64,000 nt of DNA from an uncultured bacterium. Lineage in GTDB: Bacteria; Chlamydiota; Chlamydiia; Chlamydiales; 2-12-FULL-49-11. The position numbers were made by a program, and so were the translations under genes. Shown piece after piece: positions 1-8,767 of this stretch; position 1 is the first letter of the stretch; each line of letters starts with the position of its first letter. Under the pieces are notes generated by a model. That model was not told the DNA's origin, searched no databases, and worked only from the letters and a program-made list of their open reading frames with translations. Location of the stretch: positions 21,614 through 85,613 of the forward strand of contig CAZKFL010000003.1 in assembly GCA_964552055.1 (NCBI GenBank). Direction: 5' to 3'.

Positions 1-90
1 TTTGATGGTCTCATGAGAGTGAGCTAAAGACTCTTCCGCAGAAATGGTGCTTAATGCAAATAATGTAAAGAGTATGATGGGTTTTTTCAT
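1..90 (-). CDS. 5' end (30 codons) of an exported hypothetical protein; the gene continues past the left window edge
   Basis: A reverse-strand ATG at 88-90 abuts the stop (91-93) of the upstream SDR gene. The translation MKKPIILFTLFALSTISAEESLAHSHETIK looks like a signal peptide. The frame is open to position 1. Confidence 0.4.
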   Translation of the reverse strand, partial: MKKPIILFTLFALSTISAEESLAHSHETIK

Positions 91-999
91 TTATTTTCCT
101 TTTGATTCGTTATATTTTCGGATCTCTTCAAGATAGATATCACCCGTAAGATCTAGAAGTTTGGGAGATACATGACTCTTTGCTCTTTCACTTGTTTGAT
201 ATCTCAATTTTGGCTTGGGGTCTTGTATAACACTAAAAAGAAACTTTGCGATCTCTTGCGGAGATTGTGGAAATTCAGATTCTGGAAGAAGCTCAGGATG
301 CGCCATCCGTTCTGTTATATCTGTCCTAATCTCATCAATAAATGATTGATAAGGATTATTCGAAATTTCTCTCTTTCCAATAAATAATGAAAATTGAGTA
401 GCAAGAAGTCCGGGTTCTACAATAGATACAGAAATATTATAGGGCTGAACTTCGATACAAAGTGACTCAGAAACTGATTCTAATGCAACTTTACTAGCGG
501 CATACATACTGCCAAAAGGACATGTACAGAATGCGTTTGTAGAAGTTATGTTGATGATATGTCCTGCTTTTTGATTTCGCATATTAGGAAGGACTGCCTG
601 AATGAATTTAATAGGAGCGAAGAGATTCACATCCACCTGCTCTTGAATTTCTTTGGTTGTAAGCCCTTCAACAGGTCCTATAAGCGCATATCCTGCATTA
701 TTGATCAGAATATCAATGCGCCCTTCTTTATCTAGAATAGTTTGAACCGCAGATTGAATAGATGTCTCATCTAACAAATCAACAGAAAGAAAATGAAGAT
801 TCTCTTTTACGGGAAGAGAGGCCTTGTAAGAAGGTCTAACTGTGCCATATACTGTGAATCCATTATTTACTAGATGCTCAGCTGTTGCAAGCCCTACACC
901 TCTAGAAGCACCTGTAATAAGAGCGACTCTAGTCTCCTTTGCGCAAGTAGGAAAAATAAATAATGCATTCATCGCTAATAAGATAAAAAATCTATACAT
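91..999 (-). CDS. short-chain dehydrogenase/reductase (SDR) family oxidoreductase
   Basis: Has the TGxxxGxG cofactor motif (ALITGASRGVGLA), an NNAG motif and the catalytic YxxxK (YAASKVAL). Length is 302 aa. Confidence 0.9.
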   Translation of the reverse strand: MYRFFILLAMNALFIFPTCAKETRVALITGASRGVGLATAEHLVNNGFTVYGTVRPSYKASLPVKENLHFLSVDLLDETSIQSAVQTILDKEGRIDILINNAGYALIGPVEGLTTKEIQEQVDVNLFAPIKFIQAVLPNMRNQKAGHIINITSTNAFCTCPFGSMYAASKVALESVSESLCIEVQPYNISVSIVEPGLLATQFSLFIGKREISNNPYQSFIDEIRTDITERMAHPELLPESEFPQSPQEIAKFLFSVIQDPKPKLRYQTSERAKSHVSPKLLDLTGDIYLEEIRKYNESKGK

Positions 1000-1245
1000 A
1001 GCATCCTTTTAATTTAATCACTTGTTCATACTATCAAAGCATTCCAATAGTGTCTCTTTAAAATTAAGTTTTTCTTAAATCCTTTTATTTTTTGTAAGTT
1101 TTTTTAAAATAAAGATTAAGATCTAATAAATCGTGGTAGCTGGTATAATTATAGGGATTTTGATACTAAAAAATCTGTTTTAAACCCGGCGAGGGTACGG
1201 GAAGAACAGATTACGATTAATAGAAGCCTATAAAGGAAAAATTTT

Positions 1246-2028
1246 ATGAAAGCTGTTTCAACCTACTTAGAATCTTTAAGACCAGATGCTAACCGTCTTA
1301 TGCAGAATATGCAATGGCAAGAAACCGGTAGGGCAATTTGTACTGGATGTAGCATTTCAGATCGTTTTTTTGAAAATTTAGCTACTAGACCTTGGCAAAA
1401 CTTATCGGGAATTATTACCATTTTAGCGGCAGTTGCAATTATCGCATCGAGCGGGTCATTAATAGGTGGAGCAATTCTTGGGGTTCTTGGATTAGGAATT
1501 CTTGCTCATCGGTTACTTACCTTGCCCAACTGTTTGTCTTTTAAAGTTTATATGGATTCTTGGATGGTTAATATTATAGGTAAACAGAATATTCATGATG
1601 TACCTATTATCCCTAGAGGCCAACGAGAAATAAATACTCCATTTGCTGTTACTAGCGATATAGTCTACGCAGGATTCGGTAGTCTCTGTTGTGGTTCTGA
1701 CACAGCAACAGTTCCGGTATATTGGTTTAAATATGAAATCCATCAGGCATCTAGTCCAATAAGTGTGGTTACGGATCTAATATCAGTTGATACGGGCATT
1801 GATCCTGAATATCGAAGTAGCAGAGGAGACCGGAGTCAAATTGGGGGATACAATGAACTATCCAGTTTTGGTTGGGGAATTGCCTCTAACCGTCCTGAAA
1901 AAATGGCCAAAATTATTGATCGGTTAACTAGACTGCTGAATGGGGAAAAGGTTGGGATTTTAGATGACAAAGGTAATGAACAGCCTGTGTTAGATACTAC
2001 ATATGTTCAATTAGTAAAGACTAATTAA
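1246..2028 (+). CDS. hypothetical membrane protein with a bilobed hydrophobic hairpin (Inc-like topology)
   Basis: Long ORF containing a ~45 aa two-lobed hydrophobic stretch (IITILAAVAIIASSGSLIGGAILGVLGLGILAHRLL). No recognisable enzymatic motif. The antisense ORF 1513..1743 is judged a shadow. Confidence 0.6.
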   Translation: MKAVSTYLESLRPDANRLMQNMQWQETGRAICTGCSISDRFFENLATRPWQNLSGIITILAAVAIIASSGSLIGGAILGVLGLGILAHRLLTLPNCLSFKVYMDSWMVNIIGKQNIHDVPIIPRGQREINTPFAVTSDIVYAGFGSLCCGSDTATVPVYWFKYEIHQASSPISVVTDLISVDTGIDPEYRSSRGDRSQIGGYNELSSFGWGIASNRPEKMAKIIDRLTRLLNGEKVGILDDKGNEQPVLDTTYVQLVKTN

Positions 2029-2082
2029 ACCAGGAGAATTTTTCTGCAAATACCTACTCATCCCTTACGTAGCGTTCTTAAC

Positions 2083-2475
2083 ATGTGTGCTGGAATAAGT
2101 TCAACCATGCGAGATGAAGATTTTGCAATAATTGAAACAGCGATAAATACCAATGATCGAAGCCCTGCAATATTAGAAATTACTTCAAGGGCTATCATGT
2201 AAAGCATTATCCTTGGAGGACATCGTCGTACAGTTGAGGGAGTTTATGCATTAAACAAACAAGATGCATTGAATGCTCTCACTGATAGGATAAGTCTATC
2301 TCCTGCGGGAGAATCTTGCCGATTATTAGGGACTCTATTTATTGAAGCCTTATGTGATGCTAAATTATCAGGCGCAGACTCGGTGACTATTCATTTTCCA
2401 GGCGATTTTGATGTTTCTGGAGATCCCCAATTCGAAGCTGATACAGAGAGCTTTCGCGATAATCTTGATGCATAA
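2083..2475 (+). pseudogene. hypothetical gene interrupted by an in-frame TAA (2200-2202)
   Basis: The ATG at 2083 opens a 39-codon ORF ending in TAA at 2200-2202. The same frame stays open to 2475 (the track ORF 2269..2475 begins at a TTG). No family was recognised. Confidence 0.25.
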
Positions 2476-2482
2476 ATTATAT

Positions 2483-3097
2483 CTATATAATTTTCAATAA
2501 AAGCAATTGGTTAAATACCTTTTCATACTCCGCGAGCGTCATTGCTTTTTTCTCTTTAAATGATTGCATCACGGGTGCGTCTTGTAATTGAATCTCTCCA
2601 TCCTTTTCAGTGATCACTTGAAAACGCTCTTTTTCTGCAGGGCCTCGCACAATAAGACTTACCGTGTTGGGCTCTTCGATAATGGAATGATATTGAGAAT
2701 GATGCAATGTATAGCAGCTTCCTATATTTTCATGCCGAATCATGGCAGGAGTTAGGCAATATTTCATTGTTGTAAGCTGTTCCATTCGATAAATAGTGTG
2801 GTGATAGCCTCCGGAAAGGATTCGTGTTGAAAAATTCCAACGATGATTGTGAGCCCTTCCAATATCGATTTGATCTTGAGCGTTAACTTTATTGGGGTGG
2901 CCCGAATAAACATGTAGCCGAATCTGCATTTTTTTATCTTCGCTATTCCACAATACCAGCTTATCGACTCCCTCATAATGGACAGAATGAGAAAAGAGTT
3001 CCTCATTCTTTGGGATATCTAAGACAAGTTTGCGAAGTTGAGTGAGAGTCTTACGGGATAGCTCTTGAGCTATATTACTAAATTCAAAAAGTTTCAT
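2483..3097 (-). CDS. hypothetical protein, possibly a cupin-like metalloprotein; last gene of the riboswitch operon
   Basis: His-rich beta-strand motifs (GRAHNHRWNFSTRILSGGYHH ... YTLHHSQYHS) resemble cupin HxH...H metal sites. A 4-nt start/stop overlap with the upstream gene at 3094-3097 suggests translational coupling. Confidence 0.55.
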   Translation of the reverse strand: MKLFEFSNIAQELSRKTLTQLRKLVLDIPKNEELFSHSVHYEGVDKLVLWNSEDKKMQIRLHVYSGHPNKVNAQDQIDIGRAHNHRWNFSTRILSGGYHHTIYRMEQLTTMKYCLTPAMIRHENIGSCYTLHHSQYHSIIEEPNTVSLIVRGPAEKERFQVITEKDGEIQLQDAPVMQSFKEKKAMTLAEYEKVFNQLLLLKII

Positions 3098-3846
3098 GAC
3101 CTACCAATCCTATCAATTAAAATTACGGAGGCGATGTTATGTATGATAAGGGAGAGGGCGCTAAGAGGCCATCCCCGATAGATTTTGAAGATCCCATTTC
3201 GAGTAAATAAGTGGGATGGAGAAATATTTTGTGCCTGTTTCAGGGTGTTTGCGATATCGAATGGGGCGGATAGCAGGCTTACAATAAAAGCGACTTGGAC
3301 ACCGATTTTGACTAGTTGCGAAAGAGGTAAAGACCCTCCTGATAAAGCAATCGATTGTTCTCTAAGGTATTTTTGAGCTATTAAAAAAGCAGTCCAAGTC
3401 ACAGAAAGTTTAGACCAATTGGTGCTAAACCCGTCCCATCCATTTTTAAGAGAAAATTTGCTTGTTCCTCTAAAAGCAGAAATAATTTTGGCTCTTTCTA
3501 AAGGAGTCCCGATAGCAGCGTCAATTGTAGCGATCGATAAGCCAGTAAGAGCAAGGCCTGGAAGATTTTCTATTTTGTAGCTCTTTAAAAGAGGGGGTAT
3601 GCCAGTAATCATAGGCCAGCACCAAATTTGTTTTAAGCTGGTTTTTACTAATTGGGGAGCAAGCCCTTTATAAAAAGCTGCTAGTCCTTCTTCACGAAAC
3701 AATGTTAAAGCTACTTGAATACAATTCGATTCAGGTAGAGCGCATTGCTGACGGATTTTGACCACTTCCATGGGGAAAATGAGTGTGTGTACAGTTATTC
3801 CCCTTGCGACTCCCCATAAGCTACTTGATAATAAATCGTTACTCAT
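3094..3846 (-). CDS. mitochondrial carrier family (SLC25-like) membrane transporter
   Basis: Three spaced carrier signatures Px[DE]xx[KR]x[KR]-like: PMEVVKIRQQ, PLERAKIIS and PFDIANTLKQ. They sit ~85 aa apart, each following a hydrophobic helix. There is a 4-nt overlap with the MFS gene. Confidence 0.75.
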   Translation of the reverse strand: MSNDLLSSSLWGVARGITVHTLIFPMEVVKIRQQCALPESNCIQVALTLFREEGLAAFYKGLAPQLVKTSLKQIWCWPMITGIPPLLKSYKIENLPGLALTGLSIATIDAAIGTPLERAKIISAFRGTSKFSLKNGWDGFSTNWSKLSVTWTAFLIAQKYLREQSIALSGGSLPLSQLVKIGVQVAFIVSLLSAPFDIANTLKQAQNISPSHLFTRNGIFKIYRGWPLSALSLIIHNIASVILIDRIGRS

Positions 3847-5087
3847 AAAGCTTTTTCCGGTTTTTTAACTTTGGACATCATGATGATTCCACTACTCGCT
3901 AGGCCTAATATCATCCAGTGCCAGGAGGCGCTTGCTACCATTCCTGTTTTTTGAAAAGACCAAAGAGCCAAAGCTGCGGTAGGGCTGCCTATCGCTTGAG
4001 AGCCTAATGCATATCCCAGAGAAATAATGGCATAACGAGCATTTGAAGGAACAAGCTGGCTAGCCCAAGCATGAAATGGGGCAAAAAATGCAACACCAAT
4101 AACAACGAAGGCTGCTCTCACTGCAATAAGCAAAGGAAGGGATGCGCCTTCTAATAACAAAAACAGTGGGATTGCTAATAAAACAACACCCAAAGAAGCA
4201 GATAACATCAACTTCTCTCTTGACATTCGGGAGGCCACCCACCCAAAAAATGGTAGGGCACAAAAATCAAAAATGAGCAAATACGTGTTGATTCTCATCA
4301 CTTCTGCTTTTGTAATTGTTGATATGAGGGGAATAAACCCATTCATTAAAACTAATGCTATAGAATAGCATGCAGAACCAAAACCGGAGCAAATCACAAT
4401 GAATAGAAGAGCTTTTCTATGCGTCCAAAGAGTGCTCTTTAAATTTGTGAGCGTTTGGGAAAACTTGATCGGTTCTCGAGAAACTGGAGCAGAACGCCTA
4501 AATATGCAGCCAAAAAGCGCTGTTGCACAACCACATAAATAAAGCAGTCGCCATCCCGGATCTATAAAATTATACCTAGCAAGGAGGAAAACTCCAAGCG
4601 ATGCTAAAAGATGGCCGCCAAGAGTAGATGCGTTATAAAAACTACTGAGTAAATCGTGCCGTTTTTCAGGGGAGTTTTCCAAAAGAAAAATCGCCCCTCC
4701 CATTGTCTCTCCCGCTGCCAAAAAGTTTTGAAAAACCCTTCCAAAGAAAAAAATCAAAGGAGCTAACATGCCAACTTGAGCGTAAGTAGGGCTCAAAGCA
4801 ATACAACCCGAAATCAACGACATTCCTGCTAAAGTTAAAAATAGAGCATGTCTTCTTCCATAAACATCTCCAATATAACCAAATACCAAAGATCCAAGAG
4901 GACGCGCTAACATTCCTAATGGGATAATCGCATACGTCAAAATCAGCGCAGTAAGCGGGTCTTTGTTCGGAAAAATTAAGGGGGCTAGAAATGGAGATAG
5001 GAACCCAAAAAGAGCGGTATCATAATGCTCAAAAAGGTTGCCTAAACATGCATTCCAAAGTTGGAAACGGGATGTAGATGTAGGCAT
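3843..5087 (-). CDS. MFS transporter (metabolite:H+ symporter / ProP-like subfamily)
   Basis: About 12 hydrophobic helices and the loop 2-3 motif GFLARPLGSLVFGYIGDVYGRR. I prefer the ATG at 5087 (MPTSTSRF..., AAGGAG 8 nt upstream) over the TTG at 5132 used by the track. Confidence 0.9.
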   Translation of the reverse strand: MPTSTSRFQLWNACLGNLFEHYDTALFGFLSPFLAPLIFPNKDPLTALILTYAIIPLGMLARPLGSLVFGYIGDVYGRRHALFLTLAGMSLISGCIALSPTYAQVGMLAPLIFFFGRVFQNFLAAGETMGGAIFLLENSPEKRHDLLSSFYNASTLGGHLLASLGVFLLARYNFIDPGWRLLYLCGCATALFGCIFRRSAPVSREPIKFSQTLTNLKSTLWTHRKALLFIVICSGFGSACYSIALVLMNGFIPLISTITKAEVMRINTYLLIFDFCALPFFGWVASRMSREKLMLSASLGVVLLAIPLFLLLEGASLPLLIAVRAAFVVIGVAFFAPFHAWASQLVPSNARYAIISLGYALGSQAIGSPTAALALWSFQKTGMVASASWHWMILGLASSGIIMMSKVKKPEKAL

Positions 5088-5097
5088 ATTTGAATCT

Positions 5098-5124
5098 CCT
5101 TGGTAAAAGATAAAACCACCAAGG
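5098..5124 (-). promoter_or_regulatory. candidate Shine-Dalgarno-sequestering helix (expression platform of the TPP riboswitch)
   Basis: In the mRNA, CCUUGGU pairs with ACCAAGG across a 13-nt loop. The 3' arm overlaps the AAGGAG SD of the MFS gene. Confidence 0.45.
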
Positions 5125-5170
5125 GGAAGCAATAAAAAGAAATATGGAAAAAAGACTCTTCTTATACATT

Positions 5171-5256
5171 CACTCTTCCTACGCCAGCACTACCCGGTTC
5201 AGGTGTAAGGGACTCTCTCAGCTAAGATTGCCTATGACAACTTAGCACCCCTGGTG
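5171..5256 (-). promoter_or_regulatory. TPP (thiamine pyrophosphate, THI-box) riboswitch aptamer
   Basis: The reverse strand reads CACCAGGGGUGCUAAG...CUUAGCUGAGAGAGUCCCUUACACCUGAACCGGGUAGUGCUGGCGUAGGAAGAGUG. This matches the conserved GGGGUGC, CUGAGA, ACCUGA and GCUGGCGUAGGAA blocks of the E. coli thiM/thiC class. It lies 84 nt upstream of the MFS start. Confidence 0.9.
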
Positions 5257-5309
5257 TTTAAAATGAGACAAGTGTATATTTTCATCGATATTTTTAGCAA
5301 AGGAGAAAT

Positions 5310-6107
5310 ATGGATCAAAAAATCTATAAAGAATGGATTGCAGGAGTCTTTGATAGATCTGCCAATAAATATGGCGAAGGGAGCAATTGTTTTTTTGATT
5401 ACTTTGCTAAAGAGCTTGTTAAATTTGCAAATTTGCCACGTGGGGCGACTGTTTTAGATATTGCCACAGGTAGGGGGGCAATTCTTAAAGAGATATTGGA
5501 AAGCATTGGCACAGAAGGTAAAGTTGTAGGCATTGACATTAGTTCTAATATGATTGCGGAGACTAAGCAGAGGTTTAATTATCCTAATATCGATCTAATC
5601 TGCATGGATGCTGAAAATTTGAAGTTTGAAGATGCATCATTCGATTATGTCTTTTGTGGCTTTGCTCTTTTTTTCTTTCCCGATTTGCAAACAGCTTTAA
5701 AGGAGATTTTGAGGGTTCTTAAGCCTCGAGGCAAGTTGTTTATTTCTACCTGGGGAGAGGGGGATATCCAAGATCAAGCTTTTGATGATGTGTATAAAAA
5801 ATTTGAATTAAATGTGAAAACTCTCAAACACGATTTAAGCAATGCTAATGAGATTGAAAAAAATTTAAGGGCAATCGGATTTAAAGAGATAGAAATTGTT
5901 CCAAAAGAATTAGACCACATCTATCCAACTTTTGAAGATTGGTTTAATTCTCTATGGGATCATGCTGGCCGTGCTAAACTTGAAAAATGTAGCCCCGAGC
6001 AATTAATGGAATTACGTCATGATCTTGAGTCTATATTAAAACCCCATCTAAAACCAGATGGCTTGCATGAGATACTTCGTGCCAATTTTGCCACAGCAAC
6101 AAAATGA
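5310..6107 (+). CDS. class I SAM-dependent methyltransferase (UbiE/COQ5-like, Methyltransf_11 type)
   Basis: Motif I VLDIATGRGA, followed by VVGIDIS, DAENLKFEDASFDYVF and LKPRGKLFIS. Confidence 0.85.
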   Translation: MDQKIYKEWIAGVFDRSANKYGEGSNCFFDYFAKELVKFANLPRGATVLDIATGRGAILKEILESIGTEGKVVGIDISSNMIAETKQRFNYPNIDLICMDAENLKFEDASFDYVFCGFALFFFPDLQTALKEILRVLKPRGKLFISTWGEGDIQDQAFDDVYKKFELNVKTLKHDLSNANEIEKNLRAIGFKEIEIVPKELDHIYPTFEDWFNSLWDHAGRAKLEKCSPEQLMELRHDLESILKPHLKPDGLHEILRANFATATK

Positions 6108-6123
6108 GGCTAAGTAGAATATA

Positions 6124-6975
6124 ATGTTTACAATGACAAATGGTGCTCAAATTTTTTACAAAACCTTTGGTAAAGGAGATCCGATCATTCTGGTTCATGG
6201 CGGTCCTGGACTAAGTCATGATTATCTATTACCTTACTTGGCTAAACTTGCAGAGACGAATCTTGTTATCTTTTATGACCAACGTGGCTGCGGCCTATCA
6301 ATGGATGAAATCAATTCAGATTCCATTCAGATTGAAACATTTGTAGAAGATCTTGAAGCAATAAGAAGTGAGCTTGGACTTAAAAAGATAACTATACTGG
6401 GTCATTCATGGGGAGGCTTTTTGGCAATGAAGTATGCTATTGCCTATCCTGAATTCGTTCATAAGTTAATTCTATTAAATTCATTGCCTCCATCATCAGA
6501 CGAGTTTTCCTTATTCAGGCAAGAATGGGCAAGTCGAATGGAGTCTTATCAGGATGAAATTAAGCAGATTATGGAAACTCCAGAATTTGTCAAAGGAGAA
6601 GAATCGACCACTCAAAAATACTATCAAACCATTTTTGGAAGGTATTTCTATGATCCTGAGAAAGTAAAGCTCCTCAATCTAGAGATGAAACCAGATGCTT
6701 TTATCAATGGGCAAAAGGTTTATGCAATATTTAGTCAGAATCTACTTTCTAAACCTTTTAATCTTCACGATCAACTTAAGAGACTCGATATCATCACGTT
6801 AATAATTCACGGAGATTCAGATCCAGTTCCTCCTTCCACAGCTCAAAAGCTCCATGAAAGCATTCGTGGCTCTAAATACCATTTAATCAAAAATTGTGGT
6901 CATTTCCCCTTTGTCGAAACTCCGGATGAGTTATTCTTGCATTTAAATAACTTCCTTAGAAATGATTATGATTAG
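6124..6975 (+). CDS. alpha/beta hydrolase, proline-iminopeptidase-like (S33)
   Basis: HGGPG oxyanion motif, GHSWGG nucleophile elbow, and late Asp/His residues (GDSDPV, CGHFPF). Confidence 0.85.
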   Translation: MFTMTNGAQIFYKTFGKGDPIILVHGGPGLSHDYLLPYLAKLAETNLVIFYDQRGCGLSMDEINSDSIQIETFVEDLEAIRSELGLKKITILGHSWGGFLAMKYAIAYPEFVHKLILLNSLPPSSDEFSLFRQEWASRMESYQDEIKQIMETPEFVKGEESTTQKYYQTIFGRYFYDPEKVKLLNLEMKPDAFINGQKVYAIFSQNLLSKPFNLHDQLKRLDIITLIIHGDSDPVPPSTAQKLHESIRGSKYHLIKNCGHFPFVETPDELFLHLNNFLRNDYD

Positions 6976-6989
6976 AAAAAGGGTGTTTT

Positions 6990-8039
6990 ATGATTGAACA
7001 AAAGGTTTGTCTTGCGAGTGATAATTGGACTCCGGTGCATCCTTTAGTGATACAGGCTGTAATCGAAGCAAATGTTGGATATGCTCCTTCTTATGGATCT
7101 GATCCGTGGACTGAGGAAGCTGGAAAGTTAATTCAGTCAGCTTTTAAATCTAATTGCAAGGTCTTCATGGTTCCAACGGGAACTGGTGCAAATATCATAG
7201 GACTTAAACTTAGTTGCCACAGGCACGAATCGGTTATATGTACCGACATTGCACATATTCACTATCAAGAATCTGGTGCTGCTGAATCCATTATTGGTTG
7301 CAAACTCCTAACCGTTCCCCATCAAGAGGGAAAAATTACTCCGGATACGATAGTTAAAAAATTAATAAGTGAACGAGCATTTGGTAAGCATTCTACATCT
7401 CCTCGTGTTTTGTCGATTACTCAGCCGACTGAGGTAGGGACTGTCTACAGTTTAAAAGAACTTGAGGCTTTGTCTAACTTGTCCAAGAAAGAAAATTTAC
7501 TTCTCCACATTGATGGAAGTCGCCTTTATAATGCAGCAGTTAGTTTGAATATTTCTTTAAATGAGATGATTCATGCAATCCGTGTAGATATTTTATCGCT
7601 TGGAGGCACTAAAAATGGATTAATGGGCGCCGAAGCTCTTCTTATCTTTAATCCTGATCTCTATGAAGGAAGCGATCATTTGCATAAGCAAACCCTTCAA
7701 CTTTTATCAAAAATGCGCTACCTTTCCGCTCAATACATCCCTCTATTTAAGAATAATTTATGGCATACACTTGCCACAAATGCAAATCAAAGAGCTTTAG
7801 AAATTGCGCAGGTAATCAAAAGCATTCCTCAGCTTTCTTTAAGTTATCCAGTTGAGTCAAATCAAATCTTTTTTACCGCTCCCGCTTCTTGGATACCCTT
7901 AATTCAAAAAAAACTCTCTTGCTATCTTTGGAACAGCGAAAAAAATGAGGTTCGTTTTATTACTTCATGGAACACTTCTGAACAAGATGTAATTGACGTA
8001 AAATTAGCGTTTTCTGAATTGGCGCATAACCTAGTTTAA
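6990..8039 (+). CDS. PLP-dependent threonine-aldolase / beta-eliminating-lyase family enzyme
   Basis: Fold-type I layout with TGTGANI, HIDGSRL and the PLP-lysine motif SLGGTKNG, typical of low-specificity threonine aldolases. Confidence 0.75.
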   Translation: MIEQKVCLASDNWTPVHPLVIQAVIEANVGYAPSYGSDPWTEEAGKLIQSAFKSNCKVFMVPTGTGANIIGLKLSCHRHESVICTDIAHIHYQESGAAESIIGCKLLTVPHQEGKITPDTIVKKLISERAFGKHSTSPRVLSITQPTEVGTVYSLKELEALSNLSKKENLLLHIDGSRLYNAAVSLNISLNEMIHAIRVDILSLGGTKNGLMGAEALLIFNPDLYEGSDHLHKQTLQLLSKMRYLSAQYIPLFKNNLWHTLATNANQRALEIAQVIKSIPQLSLSYPVESNQIFFTAPASWIPLIQKKLSCYLWNSEKNEVRFITSWNTSEQDVIDVKLAFSELAHNLV

Positions 8040-8050
8040 AGGATCTCTTT

Positions 8051-8767
8051 ATGACAACTCCACTTTACATGCAAGACGCTTACCTTAAAGAAATGGAAGC
8101 AACTATTCTTGAAATCACAAAAGAAACTGACAATCGATGGCTAATAGTATTGGATAAAACAATTTTTTATCCAAGAGGCGGTGGACAATCCACGGACCAA
8201 GGCTTCCTATTTACTGAAAATTGGAAAGGCAAAGTAAGCCAAGCCTTACAAAAAGAAGATAAAATTGTTCATCAAGTTGAGGGGAGCGAGCCCCCCTCCA
8301 TTGGTACCATGGTAAAAGGAGTGATTGATTGGGATAGACGTTATCTCCATATGAGACTTCATTCAGCCGGACATGTAGTCGATTTTGCTCTCTATCTTTT
8401 AGGTCTTGCTCCCGTCTTACTTCTTCCCCTAAAAGGTGATCACGGAAAAAAACCTGTCATTTGTTATCAAGGAATTGTAGAAAAGGATTTTAGAGAAGAT
8501 CTAGAGAAAAAAGCTAATGAACTAGTTACTCAAAATCTACCGTTTAAAACACGATTTGTGAGCTATGAAGAACTGGAATGTGAGTCAATTTACCTACAAC
8601 CCGGATTGCCCAAAAACAAACCTTTAAGGCTTCTTACACTACAAGGAGTGGGTAGCGTAGCAGATGGTGGCACTCAAGTGCATAATACAGTTGAAGTTGG
8701 ACAAATCACGATTCTACCTTTAGAAAAAAAGGACGGGATGACTTTTGTGCATTATCGAATCGTTTAA
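8051..8767 (+). CDS. AlaX-type alanyl-tRNA editing-domain protein (tRNA_SAD)
   Basis: HxxxH zinc motif (HMRLHSAGHVVD) and a late GG..V motif (VADGGTQVHNT), as in free-standing AlaRS/ThrRS editing domains. Confidence 0.8.
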   Translation: MTTPLYMQDAYLKEMEATILEITKETDNRWLIVLDKTIFYPRGGGQSTDQGFLFTENWKGKVSQALQKEDKIVHQVEGSEPPSIGTMVKGVIDWDRRYLHMRLHSAGHVVDFALYLLGLAPVLLLPLKGDHGKKPVICYQGIVEKDFREDLEKKANELVTQNLPFKTRFVSYEELECESIYLQPGLPKNKPLRLLTLQGVGSVADGGTQVHNTVEVGQITILPLEKKDGMTFVHYRIV

